Shown: positions 1 through 12,400 of the stretch, piece after piece
How the letters are laid out: each line of letters starts with the position of its first letter
Position numbering within the stretch: the stretch's first letter is position 1
Source: Tubiluchus corallicola
Taxonomy: Eukaryota > Animalia > Priapulida
Assembly: GCA_030141605.1 (NCBI GenBank)
Contig: JAQGDQ010001879.1
Location: 1-22,557, forward strand
DNA length: 22,557 nt
Reading direction: 5' to 3'
Translations under genes and position numbers: made by a program
Notes under the pieces: model-generated
Databases searched by the model: none
Told to the model about the DNA's origin: nothing
The model's input: the letters and a program-made list of their open reading frames with translations, nothing else

Positions 1-620
<620 letters not shown>

Positions 621-1255
621 AAAATGAAAAAATATATGTAAGAGAAACTCGTGTTAATGTAACCTGAAATATGACGAATTCAAGTTTTTACCTTGAAAAA
701 TTTAACCGGCCACAGGAATTTCCATGCAATAGTTTCTATATAAGAAAAATACCCATTTGAAATACGCCAATTAAGCTAGTATGCAGCCGCATGTACAAAG
801 TTAGTGCAGTGGACAAAAGGTATAACAGGAGAATATACTTTAAACGTTTATTGATACAGAAGTTTCCACAGAAATATAGGTGAAATGATGTCTGCGTATA
901 ACGTCTTGTAAAACCCAACTGGTAGTACAGAATATAGCAAAACTAGAGCAACAGATCACTATTAGGTTAAACCCATTTTTAGAATAGGTAACAGATAGAT
1001 AGAAGCCATATGTACTACAGTAATAGCGGTTTTACAGGTTATTGCAAATTAAATGTATTTCTTATGATTTTCAGTCGTTCACAACGACAAAGGCTAAGGC
1101 TGCGTTACAAAGTGGCCATTATTGGCACCTGGGTACGTACTAAAAGGCCTTAGAGAAAACTTTGTCCCTCCAAGAGATATAAATCAACAATATTATGTAG
1201 TTCACCCAGTGTCTTAGTGTTGTCTTAATTTGTTTTGAACGAATAAAGATGTATG

Positions 1256-1375
1256 GATTGCTTTGTGCTGCCATCTATTGACTGTAGCAGTCAGTTACGA
1301 GTGATTGTGTTTGTAGATTGCTTTGTGCTGCCATCTGTTAACCGCATGTGTCACTTCCCAGTGACTGCGTTTTTT
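1256..1375. repeat. Diverged 60-bp tandem duplication (2 copies)
   Basis: GATTGCTTTGTGCTGCCATCT starts at both 1256 and 1316, with weaker similarity after it. Confidence 0.75.
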
Positions 1376-1951
1376 GTGCTGTGTAACTAGCGATATTTTC
1401 TGCTATTTCAACTTTCCCTTCTACGATTTCGTTTCTGTGTCGTGTGCACAGTTTCTGTACTCAAAGAGTGACTGTGTTAGGAAGTAGCAAAATGCTGTAA
1501 TGTATTGGTTTAAAAAGTATTAAATTGAATTGACGTACAGTAGGAAAAAAGACAAAAATCGATTTTATGCAGTTGATTACGAGAAAATGCTCAAGGAAGA
1601 AGATAAACGAAAAAGAAAAAATCAGATACAATTTTTTGTCTATGGCTCAAGTTTGAGAGACTGATGTATTCACGAAATTATTATTTTTATCCTTGTGGTA
1701 TTTTTTTGTTTTTGGTAAGTCCGCAGTACGAATTTGTCCAATTTCTGCGTTTTTGTTGCTTTTGCTACTTTAATTTTGTCATACCACTCACGGAAATTTC
1801 AAACAACGTTATAAGTTTTAAAAATGGTAGATTTTTCCATTAAAATAATTTACTTATTAAATAGTGCCTTTACAATGTTTAAAACATTTTGCTTGCTAAA
1901 TTTTTGCCCTTAAAGCTGTGAAAATATTGAACACTGGCTGGATTTTCTTAA

Positions 1952-2408
1952 CCCTTTTAGTCCCAAATAATTTTTTTAATAAGAAAATTTTTTTTGGCTT
2001 GCTACATTTGTTCAGTATGTCCATCTTGTTTACACATAATTGTTTTTTTCTACCTGTGCCCGTGTGCTAAATATAGCCTGTATCCCACGGGATACATTGA
2101 GATTCAATGGAAGCATGAAATGTGCTTCATTTTGCAACTGCTGATAATTTTTTAAAGTATTTAAGACATTTAGCATGCATGCTATGCTGATCTGTACAAA
2201 GTCGTCTCTAAAGTACTGTACCTTGCGCAGTTTTTTACGCTCCGTAGATTTTCTAGTTTGCCATTTTATCACCATTTTTAGTCTATTGTTATTGGCTTAA
2301 ATCAAAATAACTATTAACAGATCAAATAACCGTCAGTTTTAAAATTTTATTAATTTTAAAGGCAGAAAATATTCTCGTATCCCACGGGATACAACGGGTA
2401 TGAAAGGG
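1952..2408 (+). mobile_element. Non-autonomous piggyBac-like MITE, copy 1 (457 bp)
   Basis: TTAA at 1948-1951 and 2409-2412; ends CCCTTTTAGTCCC...GGGTATGAAAGGG (imperfect 13-bp TIR); near-identical to 10225-10678 and 14455-14912. TTAA TSD with CCC...GGG ends is the piggyBac signature. Strand is arbitrary. Confidence 0.9.
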
Positions 2409-2559
2409 TTAATCAGTTTATAGTGTGAATTAAAAATGGCACTTCTTATAAAAACAGACTCTTTTCAGAGAGAAAGTATTAACACAGAATGAATATACAG
2501 AGCTTTTCAAAATTATTGAAAATGGCTTTACAATGTGCCATTTTGAAGGAAATAGATCC

Positions 2560-2950
2560 TTATTTATTTATTTTATTTTGTAATCTTCAGAGTACAATAC
2601 ACGAGTGACAAGGCAGTTGAAAAGTGAAATAAAATCATAAATGACTACTACAAAACAGTGCAGATTAAAACAAAGTGATGATAATAATATAAGTAGAAGA
2701 TTACGGTAAAAAACACAAAGACTTAGAATAACTGCTTACACGTGTCTGTTAAACAGCAAAAATTTGCTAAAATCAACATGACATAGCCGTTTTTTAAAAC
2801 AATTTTCTGTTGCCAGCATCACCAGTTGGAGCGTCATTCACATGTGATGGTAGTATATTCCATAAAGTTACAACGCTGAAGAAATGTTTGACGCAATTAA
2901 GTGAGCTTTCTTCGCCTCTAATTTCAAATGGTGGCCCCTTGTAGCATATC
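2560..2950 (-). mobile_element. CR1-clade LINE 3' remnant
   Basis: Minus-strand translation with frameshifts: ATRGHHLKLEAKK / LNCVKHFFSVVTLWNILPSHV / ENCFKKRL, matching the CR1 ORF2 C-terminal pattern TRGH..KL...FFS.(R)VV..WN.LP; (AAAT)n-like tail at ~2561-2580. Confidence 0.75.
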
Positions 2951-3011
2951 ATATTGCCCAACATTAGGGTAAATTCTGCACTTCTGATTGGCTAAACGCA
3001 AGAGTTTTTCT

Positions 3012-3068
3012 TTATTATTATTATTATTATTATTATCGTCGTCGTCGTCGTCGTCGTCATTATCATTG
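3012..3068. repeat. Compound (TTA)n-(TCG)n microsatellite
   Basis: Directly visible. Confidence 0.95.
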
Positions 3069-3484
3069 TAATGTGTACGCTCAAACCAAATTTGCGTTCC
3101 CATATCTATGTTAGTTTATTCTGCAAAAATACAAATTTTCTGTAGTCTACAATTACTACATCTACAAATCTAGTGAAATAAAAGTGCTAGAAAATAAGTG
3201 CTACAGATTACTATGTTACACTAAAAAGCTAAAATGCATACATATATTGTTGGTCCAATATTGAGTCGAGAAAAAGCCAGAATGTCAGTAAAAGGTAGCA
3301 GTATAATTATAAGTTAATTTTTAAATGTAACAGAGACGTGTGTACTTAACAAGTTCCACCTATACAATGTCAGAGTAGAAAAAGTAGTCTAGCTTGTTGA
3401 ACTACAGTCTAATATATTGTGGCGTCTAATGCATATACTACCTTGAGAAGGGGTAATGGACCAAAACATTTGTACCTGCAACAA

Positions 3485-3486
3485 TC

Positions 3487-3543
<57 letters not shown>

Positions 3544-3890
3544 TATTGCTGATTTATAAAGCGCTTTATACTTGTAAAAATACGATGTAATGACGCTGAA
3601 CATGCATAAATGAAATTAAAAGTGCAAGGTAATGGTAACTGAATCTAGTAAATAAAAAGTGTTACATGCATAAAGGTAAAATCATTAAAAATTGCGATAT
3701 TCTAAAATCTGCCACAAATTAAATGCTAATCTAAATAGTTTTGGTAAATATTTAAAATCTTCAAATCGTCTTACGTTGTTGCGAGTTTAATAGTTGGTAG
3801 GAGATTCCTAAAGTGTGGGGGCAGCTGATTTTGAAAGCCCAACACCAAATGTAGCTTTGGTTGTAACACTTGGGGTTTCTTACAGAAGTG
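3485..3890 (-). mobile_element. Degenerate L2/CR1-group LINE 3' remnant with (AAT)n/(AATGAT)n tail
   Basis: Minus-strand fragments TKATFG..SAAPTL / NLLPTIK / KLFRLAF resemble the L2 ORF2 end (AAP.LWN.LP...LF..AF); 3' end AAAGCGCTTTATAAAT followed by the microsatellite at 3485-3545. Confidence 0.55.
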
Positions 3891-3909
3891 GTTCGTTACT
3901 GCGGCGTAG

Positions 3910-4120
3910 GGAGTAGCTAGGGTGTAGGATGGAGTAGCTAGGGTGTAGGATGGAGTAGCTAGGGTGCAGGAGGGAGTAGCTAGGGTGTAGGAGGGAGTAG
4001 CTAGGGTGTAGGAGGGAGTAGCTAGGGTGTAGGATGGAGTAGCTAGGGTGTAGGAGGGGAGAAACTAGGGTGTAGGATAGAGTAGCTAGGGTGTAGGAGG
4101 GAGTAGCTAGGGTGTAGGAC
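3910..4120. repeat. G-rich 21-bp minisatellite, ~10 copies (GGAGTAGCTAGGGTGTAGGAK)
   Basis: Directly visible; gives rise to the LHPSYS(L/I) repeat ORF at 3880-4155. Confidence 0.97.
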
Positions 4121-4624
4121 GTAACCATTTTTGTGTAAGGGTGGAGCGGAGCCATTTAAAGACTTGAAAACAATTAAACTGCGTACGGAAGACTTCTATT
4201 TTATGCCTCGTAGCAGCTCATACAATTTTTGATGAGTTAATGCTACTGAATTTGCTGAGTATGCCTGACGCCGTTAGCTAGGTTTATAACAGCAAATCAG
4301 GCGCGCCATTGGTTAAAACTTAAAAGGCGTCATTGCCTAATGTAAAGACACTACAAGAAGCGACTTATCTGCTGCGCAAGTGTAGTCAAGTTAAAATGTA
4401 AATTTAAACATTTTTTGCTATTTTCATGAAGATTAGTGTAAATGAAGTGTTGGACCTCAGATTTAAATGCCGCGCAACAAACACATCCCGTATACGTCGT
4501 ATAAAACCCGCCTTAAAGTCACTGATTAGTGATAACATATGGTGATTGTTTTTAAAAAACTGTGCAGCTTACAAGCTCAAAAAGTTCTTGAATTTAGTGG
4601 GGTACTGCACATGTCGAAAATTCA

Positions 4625-4845
4625 TCAAAGTTCACAAATCGGCAAGCGGCCAGAATCACAGTCGACGTCATTCCATTGAAAACCGTGATCGGATCTTAAT
4701 TCTACGCAGTCTTCGATACCATCACTGTTATTCGGCTCTTCATCGGCCCAGTTATGATACTGGAAATATTGTCCAGTGCCGTGCCAGTAGAAATAGTCTG
4801 TCCCCTTACTTCGTTTTCCACCGGTCCAGAACGAGTAGCCATTGG
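4625..4845 (-). CDS. C-type lectin gene 1, exon 2 (C-terminal half of the CTLD, EPN + WND)
   Basis: Acceptor TTACAG|; phase-1 translation (A)NGYSFWTGGKRSKGTDYFYWHGTGQYFQYHNWADEEPNNSDGIEDCVELRSDHGFQWNDVDCDSGRLPICEL*, TGA at 4627-4625. Not in the ORF track. Confidence 0.93.
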
Positions 4846-5016
4846 CTGTAATTAAACAATCAATTAATCATTATAATCTTAATGTCAAGATTAATGATGA
4901 TGTTATTAAGTATTAATGATATTAATTATTGTTAATTATCATCGTATACAATTTATGATTTAAGTGTTCACTGCATATGACTTGTTCAATGAATAAAACA
5001 ATTTTTGTCGCATTTC

Positions 5017-5073
5017 TTATATATATATAATATATAATATATTATTATATATAATATATATATATATATATAT
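5017..5073. repeat. (TA)n-rich microsatellite in the lectin 1 intron
   Basis: Directly visible. Confidence 0.9.
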
Positions 5074-5079
5074 TAATTC

Positions 5080-5700
5080 TTTATTTGTCATTAAAATGGT
5101 TCACTCATTATAATAAAATTGAGTTATCCTCAGCGTAATGTTAAAATAACACTGTTCAAGACAAATGCGTCCAGTGCATACTAAAAAAACTAAAGTGCAA
5201 AACTAAGGCCTAATTATATACAATAAATGAACATATTTACAAACACAATATTAGAATATTTTTACAAAGCAATATTACAAAAATACATTAAATTTTACAT
5301 GACATATTTTACACTATATATACATTTGACATGACACAATTAACAGAAACATGCTTTACATTACATAAATTTCACTCATTACATTTACACTATTTATACA
5401 TTTGACATTACGAAACTAACATAACACGTATTACATTACGTAATTTTTTTTAAAATGTTTACATTTTTAATCGTTATATGGAGTCAGGGGCGGGGGTAGA
5501 TGAAAGTGGAGTCTGTGTAATTAGTATCAGATGCACAATGTGGAAGTTGAAACCTGTTATATTGATATTCTTTTAATTTCTCTTTAAAGTGGTGGAGAGA
5601 TTCTATTAGTTTTATTTCACTGGGTAGTAAGTTCCATAAATGTATGGCCTGTTTTGATATAGGAATTTACATCATTCTTTGTTATAAAAGCGAGTTTGCA
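5080..5700 (-). mobile_element. CR1/L2-group LINE 3' remnant
   Basis: Minus strand ~5665-5560 reads ISKQAIHLWNLLPSEIKLIESLHHFKEKLKEY, the WN.LP..IK...S...FK.KLK ORF2 C-terminus; extent of the 3' UTR is approximate. Confidence 0.65.
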
Positions 5701-6107
5701 GTCCAAAAGTTGTAGGTGATCGTATCGACAAGTGTCATTATCAATGCTAGAAATTTAGCCAAAAGAAATAATCAGTATATTTATGACACTGCGATTATCA
5801 AGACTCAGAATATCGTTACAAAATCGAAAGAGTGAAATTTTACTTACCAGTATACAAGTAGTAAGATCCTAGAAAGAGATTTTATAAAGAAAGCGTAAAT
5901 AAATTTGTACTTTATACGCAAGATTTAGGGGGAAAATCACAGCCATAAGCAAACGTTCACAGCTATTGTAATAAGCGTGTATTGGCTTAATTTCTAGCAT
6001 TGATTGTGTGGAAACGATCGTCTGCACTCCGTGTTGATACCTAGAGGCTGACTCTTTCATGTATAAACTGTAGTAGAATCGTATCTCCTTGGCAAACTTC
6101 TTACGAT

Positions 6108-6536
6108 CAGGATCGGATTATGACATTTTGGGGCCCCTAGGCTAATGAAATTGCCCTCTCAGATGTAGGCCTCTTTTATCTTAGATAAGAGGCTTCAAAC
6201 AATGGCCCTTTGTCTCAAATCTAGGGCGTCAAACAGGGGCCCTTATCTCAAATTCAGGGCGTCAAACAGGGGCCCTTATCTCAAATTCAGGGCGTCAAAC
6301 GGATGCCCTTTATTTCAGTAAAAGACTTCAAACAGAGCTCTTTAACTCAAATAAGGGTGACTTCTTTAAAACTGGGTATTCGGACTCCAGGGTGTCCCTT
6401 TTTTAAAGTGGAAATTTTATTTTAAGTTAACTGAATTATTAAACTTGTTGTATTTGAAAATCTTTTAGCAGGGCCCGTCAAACTTGAGGGACTTTAGGCT
6501 GCAGCCTATACTAGCCTATAGAATAATCCATCTCTG
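6108..6536. mobile_element. Old hAT-like MITE with internal 33-bp tandem repeat
   Basis: Imperfect TIR CAGGATCGGATTAT...ATAATCCATCTCTG; flanking 8-mers CTTACGAT/TTTGTGAT differ by three transitions (possible decayed 8-bp TSD); internal unit AAACAGGGGCCCTTATCTCAAATTCAGGGCGTC at ~6197-6300. Confidence 0.55.
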
Positions 6537-6695
6537 TTTGTGATAATGGTTTGTGAGGCATAATGGTTAGTTGTTATGCTTTGAAACAAAATTCACACAT
6601 AACCAATCAGGATTGTGTATTCGAGAAGAGTAAATGTTTTAATCTACCGTGCTCTTCCTAGGAATTTAACAGTGTTATGTAATGCTTAGCAGTTG

Positions 6696-6805
6696 TCTTT
6701 ACAGTTCAGCAATCGTTGCATTAATAATTAATTTTCAGCTCGCACAAGAGAGTGAGTGCATGCATTAAAGAGTGAGAGAGAGAGAGATTATTATTATCAT
6801 CATAC

Positions 6806-6887
<82 letters not shown>

Positions 6888-7033
6888 TCATCATCATCCA
6901 TCATCACCATCACCACCACCACCATCACCACCATTACCATCATCATCACCATCACCATCATCATCACCATCATCATCATCATTCTTTACAGTTCAGCAAT
7001 CGTTGCATTAATAATTAATTTTCAGCTCGCACA
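6696..7033. repeat. Exact 51-bp direct repeat (6696-6746, 6983-7033) enclosing (GA)n, (ATT)n, (CAT)n and (CAC)n simple repeats
   Basis: TCTTTACAGTTCAGCAATCGTTGCATTAATAATTAATTTTCAGCTCGCACA occurs on both sides of the microsatellite block. Confidence 0.93.
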
Positions 7034-7073
7034 TTAGTTTTCTATAAATATTAGTAAGGCCTCCTTTTCTTAC

Positions 7074-7614
7074 CGTTCTCATTCAACTCGAACGTTTTAT
7101 GAATCAAGCCCAAAATGGAGTAGTGCTCAAAGGCATTTTCGATACTCAACAGCTTTGCTCCAAGCATACTGCACTTGCTATTGGCGGTTGCCCACGTGGT
7201 CATGTCTGAACTTCCTGTAAGAATCTTGTAACATCCCCCGGCGGCGTAGTCGAATTCTCCTGGACAGGAGTTGCACGAGCAGTTCGAATCTGGTAACTCG
7301 TTTCTTGCTCTCCTTACTTGAACTTGTATCGGTATTGCAGCTACTTCATTGATAGGATCAACCCATTTCTCTGCCATATCAGCCATATCATCCCAAGGTT
7401 CAGCTTTATCATCCCAAGGTTCAGCTTTATCACTCGAAGGTTCAGGTTTATCATCCCAAGCTTCAACTTCATCATCCCAAGGTTCAGCTTTATCATCCGG
7501 AACCAGAAGTTCAGCCATTCCGGTCAAATGCTCTTCCTCTTTGAGGATGGAAGATTCGTGTGAGCCTAATAAAAAGCTCAGAGCGCAAAGTGTTATAATC
7601 ACCGTCTTCTCCAT
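7074..7614 (-). CDS. C-type lectin gene 1, exon 1 (signal peptide, acidic heptad-repeat pro-region, RRAR site, N-terminal half of the CTLD)
   Basis: MEKTVIITLCALSFLLGSHES signal; DDKAEPW repeats; CP.EF.Y..GGCYK...TW..A...C...GAKLLSIE...E CTLD pattern; donor G|GTAAGA after 7074 (541 nt, phase 1) is in frame with exon 4845-4625. Joined product ~253 aa. Confidence 0.93.
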
Positions 7615-8959
7615 TATAAGACACAGGCTGGTTTCTTGTAGCGACGCGAAAGCTAGTAGGCAAAAGTTAAGTAGGCCTTATCGTGCTTGTAGGAGCACCT
7701 TTATTTGCTATTTATGTTTAACACACTGATAAAGTAAGCATTAACTTACTGATAAAATTGACAGTTCCTAGTATTGTAAGTAAACCGTTAGTCATAAGTC
7801 ATAAGTCATTTATTTCACCTTACACATTTACAATGGTTAAATATACAATATCTAGTGAAAGGGCCTACAATGGGTATAATACAAATAAGAAATACTGCAC
7901 AGGAAAAGCCTCAAGCACTGTTCACTTATACACGAAGGTAAATGTGTTGCGGGCAATCAAAAAGCAGGGCTTGTTAGATTGTCCCACACAGTGAAAGAAA
8001 AAAATAGTAATGGAGATAATCTGAAAATTTAAAGTGAATCGTGATAAAAAAACATTAGTGCTTAAAATGGAATGATGTAATGAATGAAGCTCATATATGG
8101 GATGATATAAAAGATAGAAAGACTATTATTTTTTAATAGTATGTAAAATTAAAATAACGTTTGTTGGACTTACCATGTAATAGCATTAGGGAAGTGTACT
8201 GTAGACTACATTAGGGTAGGGAAGTTTAAATATGATGTTTGCTCAGAGTTGCACGATATGATTAGACTTTAGCAGTTGATGACGCCGTTATATAATGTCA
8301 GAAGAACATTGACGCATATTGAATGTTCCTGTGGACTTTAGCACTGCATAATTGTATTGTTTAGGAAACAATTTGATGATATACATTTTGTTATGCAGTT
8401 GTGCCATAATGAATGTTTTTTTGAGACTTAGACTTAGCAGAAAGTTGTAGTATCTTGGGCAGGTGCTGCCATCTTTTGGTTGTTTGCCTGTAAAATTAAT
8501 TTACCTATTTCTTAAGTTGTTTACTCTACTATCTATTTACTTACCATTTGCTGGGTTTCAACTAGAGTTAATGAGGTGTAACAGGAGTCCTGGCTATTGT
8601 ATGTTGGGCAGTAGTAGTTCAGGTTTCAAATTTCATAATGTAGTTTAAGGTATGCTGGCTACAAATTATATTTTGTGGTTTTTTATTTACCTAAACTGAG
8701 GTTAGTGCTTTAAATTTAATTTTTGTTGTAGTGTAGTGAATTATTAAGTTCTAAATGTTGCTTTTTACTTTTATTATTTCAGACTGAAATTTATGTTGAA
8801 ACCCCCCCCCCCCTCTGCACCAGCTTCACTTCTTCTTTTTTTTGATAATAAAGGAAATCAACCTGTACCAAAGTGTTCATCATTTTTTTATTGAGGTTAT
8901 GGGTTACAGACAGACAGACAGACAAACTGGACGAAACAATAATAGTGAACGATAAACCA

Positions 8960-9675
8960 TGTTGTTGAATAAGAAAATTTTATGCGTTTAATTATGTAGC
9001 TGGAATTACAATATCGTTAGATTGTTTGAAAATCCAGTCAAGATAAATGTAAAAAAATACAATACCAGACATAATGAATATATACCAAGACGTTGTAGAA
9101 CAAATATGGCGAAACACTTCATTAGCTATATGGGACCAGTCCTATGGAATAGACTAAGCCGCAATTCAAAATGTAGTCACTCCCTTTCAACTTTAAAAAA
9201 ACTGTCAGAAAAGAAATATTTCAAAAGTATTGAGAGTAACACAGTTTGATAATGGTAATAACCTGCATTCTTTTTCCACAGTAATCTTAATAAAACGTGA
9301 CTATGCTCAACAGGTTACTGAACACTTTATAATCATGATCACAGTTTTTCTTAGTTCTCGCTCCATTTCATCTTTCATTCACTACTCCCCCCCACACTTT
9401 TATGTATATATTATTATTATTTCAATTATTAATCACTTTTTTAAGATTTCCACGTACTGTTTGGCCTGTCAAGCTATGCTTTTAGGCTCAAACTGTATGC
9501 ATCAAAATTATTCTGTAATGTAATTTGCACATGTATATGCTGCATAAGAATCTCTTTTGTAACTTTCTGGATAATATTGTATTTATATTTATATTTACTT
9601 CAGTGAAATTTATCTGTATTTTTATTATAACTGTTAGATGCAGAGTGGAAATAAATAAACTTATACTTATACTTA
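8960..9675 (+). mobile_element. CR1/L2-group LINE 3' remnant
   Basis: ORF 9022-9249 YNTR...RTNMAKHFISYMGPVLWNRL...SLSTLKK matches the ORF2 C-terminus; AT-rich 3' UTR ends AATAAATAAAC(TTATAC)n at ~9650-9675. Boundaries approximate. Confidence 0.7.
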
Positions 9676-10224
9676 TTGTGACTGGATACCACATATTTAT
9701 GAACCATTGCCGCTTATTAACCATTACGTTAATATTTGTTGTGGAATAACCAGTAATGGTTTATTAACTTCTAGTGTTCACAGTCATAATGTAACGATAT
9801 TGTTAATTCTAACAAAAGTAGAGTTGATACAATTTGTACCTCCCTTCTGTGATATGGTACAGCTGGTACAGGATGAGAGTTTATGCCTGCTGTGCCAAGC
9901 TGAGCCTGTAACGCCATTAGCAGAACGTATAAGTTCTAATTGCTAGGTCTTGAGTTCAAGTCTGGACTGACTCAAAAATTTACAGTATTTTTTTCTATCG
10001 TCAACTTATTAGTCGTTACAATAATGGTTCAGAATACAAGATGATTTGATTTATTTTTCGTTCATTAAATTATAACCAGAGATTAATTAAATGTTTATAG
10101 AAATAATTCTCAATAGTTCATTAATTTCTGGTTGTAACTCATTGAATGAAAAATAATTTTCCTTCATTTTGCATTTTTATCTTAACTATGTCAGCCTGGT
10201 GCACCTTTGGTCAGACCTAATTAA

Positions 10225-10678
10225 CCCTTTCAGTCCCAAATTGTTTTTTAATAAGAAAATTTTTTTTCATCTGGTACTTTTGTTCAGTATGTCCATCTTG
10301 TTTACACATAATAATTATTTTTTTTCTACCTGTGCCCGCATGCTAAATATAGTCTGTGTCCCACGGGATACATTGGGATTCAATGGAAGCATGAAATGTG
10401 CTTCATTTTGCAACTGCTGATAATTTTTTAAAGTATTTAAGACATTTAGTATGCATGCTATGCTGATCTGTACAAAGTCATCTCTAAAGTTCTGTACCTT
10501 GCGCAGTTTTTTTATGCTATGTAGATTTTCTAGTTTGTCATTTTATCACCATTTTAGTCTATTGTTATTGACTTAAATCAAAATAACTATTAACAGATCA
10601 AATAACTGTCAGTTTTAAAATTTTATTTATTTATTAAAATATTCTCGTATCCCACGGGATACAACGGGTATGAAAGGG
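10225..10678 (+). mobile_element. Non-autonomous piggyBac-like MITE, copy 2 (454 bp)
   Basis: TTAA at 10221-10224 and 10679-10682; CCCTTTCAGTCCC...GGGTATGAAAGGG; colinear with copy 1. Confidence 0.9.
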
Positions 10679-11089
10679 TTAAAGGTCTTGCATACACTAC
10701 GTGAACATTTATTTGTGTATTCTCGGAAGTTGCACATTCCCGCTCATATGTTTCCCAATCCATACTTTTTCCTGTTCGAATGACACAATTTATGTAGTAG
10801 ACATAATAATTACTTTACGTAGTGCTACTTGTCAAATCATGACCATAGTACATAAACCAATTTATTTAGCAGACATAGTAACTATTTTTTACATAGTGTT
10901 TCTTTTGTTGCCCAATTATTACTATAGTTCATTTACCAGTTTATGATTAGGTTCCACATCCAGCCGCCAACATCACGCCTACTGTAGGCGGTTATGGCAT
11001 GACAGGAATCTAGCTTATTATTACTTAAAGGTAGATCTTTAAAGCACAAGAAAACGCTCTTCAAAGCACAATCAACCACTAAAATATCG

Positions 11090-12350
11090 AATAAGCTATT
11101 AACGTGACTCGAACAAATATCTTTACCAAAAAGTACCACAATGAAAACGTCTACATAATAAGAAAGGTATCCAAAGATAATAAGCTATTAACGTGACTCG
11201 AACAAATATCTTTATGAAAAAATACCACAATGAAAACGTCTACATAATAAGAAAGGTATCCAAAGATAATAAGCTATTAACGTGACTCGAACAAATATCT
11301 TTATCAAAAAAAGTACCACAATTGAAACGTCTACATAATAAGAAAGTAATCCAAAGGTAATCAGCTATTAACATGACTCGAACAAATATCTTTACCAAAG
11401 AAGTACCACAATGAAAACGTCTACATAATAAGAAAGTAATCCAAAGGTAATCAGCTATTAACATGACTCGAACAAATATCTTTACCAAAGAAGTACCACA
11501 ATGAAAACGTCTACATAATAAGAAAGTAATCCAAAGATGATAAGCTATTAACGTGACTCGAACAAATATCTTTACCAAAGAAGTACCACAATGAAAACGT
11601 CTACATAATAAGAAAGTAATCCAAAGATAATAAGCTATTAACGTGACTCGGACAAATATCTTTATCAAAAAAAGTACCACAATGAAAACGTCTACATAAT
11701 AAGAAAGTAATCCAAAGGTAATCAGCTATTAACGTGACTCGAACAAATATCTTTACCAAAGAAGTACCACAATGAAAACATCTACATAATAAGAAAGTAA
11801 TCCAAAGATGATAAGCTATTAACGTGACTCGAACAAATATCTTTACCAAAGAAGTACCACAATGAAAACGTCTACATAATAAGAAAGTAATCCAAAGGTA
11901 ATCAGCTATTAACGTGACTCGAACAAATATCTTTACCAAAGAAGTACCACAATGAAAACATCTACATAATAAGAAAGTAATCCAAAGATGATAAGCTATT
12001 AACGTGACTCGAACAAATATCTTTACCAAAGAAGTACCACAATGAAAACGTCTACATAATAAGAAAGTAATCCAAAGATAATAAGCTATTAACGTGACTC
12101 GAACAAATATCTTTACCAAAGAAGTACCACAATGAAAACGTCTACATAATAAGAAAGTAATCCAAAGGTAATCAGCTATTAACGTGACTCGAACAAATAT
12201 CTTTACCAAAGAAGTACCACAATGAAAATGTCTACATAATAAGAAAGTAATCTAAAGATAATAAGCTATTAACGTGACTCGAACAAATATCTTTATCAAA
12301 AAAAGTACCACAATGAAAACGTCTACATAATAAGAAAGTAATCCAAAGAT
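11090..12350. repeat. 90-bp minisatellite, ~14 copies
   Basis: Unit TAAGCTATTAACGTGACTCGAACAAATATCTTTACCAAAGAAGTACCACAATGAAAACGTCTACATAATAAGAAAGTAATCCAAAGATAA repeated head to tail with few variants. Confidence 0.98.
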
Positions 12351-12400
12351 ATAGATACATTGTATTAATAAAGTAAAGTCAACAGACTTCTAAGTAAGGC

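Noticed and set aside
6756-7037. Poly-His and poly-Ile ORFs
   Set aside because: (CAT)n microsatellite inside the lectin 1 intron, on the opposite strand.
7318-7729. Plus-strand ORFs over lectin exons (also 4546-4851 and 13659-14117) and ORFs nested in the GPCR
   Set aside because: Antisense or alternate-frame shadows of real coding exons.
11240-12209. 30-aa repeat ORFs with C/H residues, superficially zinc-finger-like
   Set aside because: Stop-free frame of the 90-bp minisatellite; broken by 1-bp indels, no C2H2 spacing.
11090-12350. 90-bp and 21-bp arrays as CRISPR
   Set aside because: No unique spacers, no cas genes, and intron-containing eukaryotic context.
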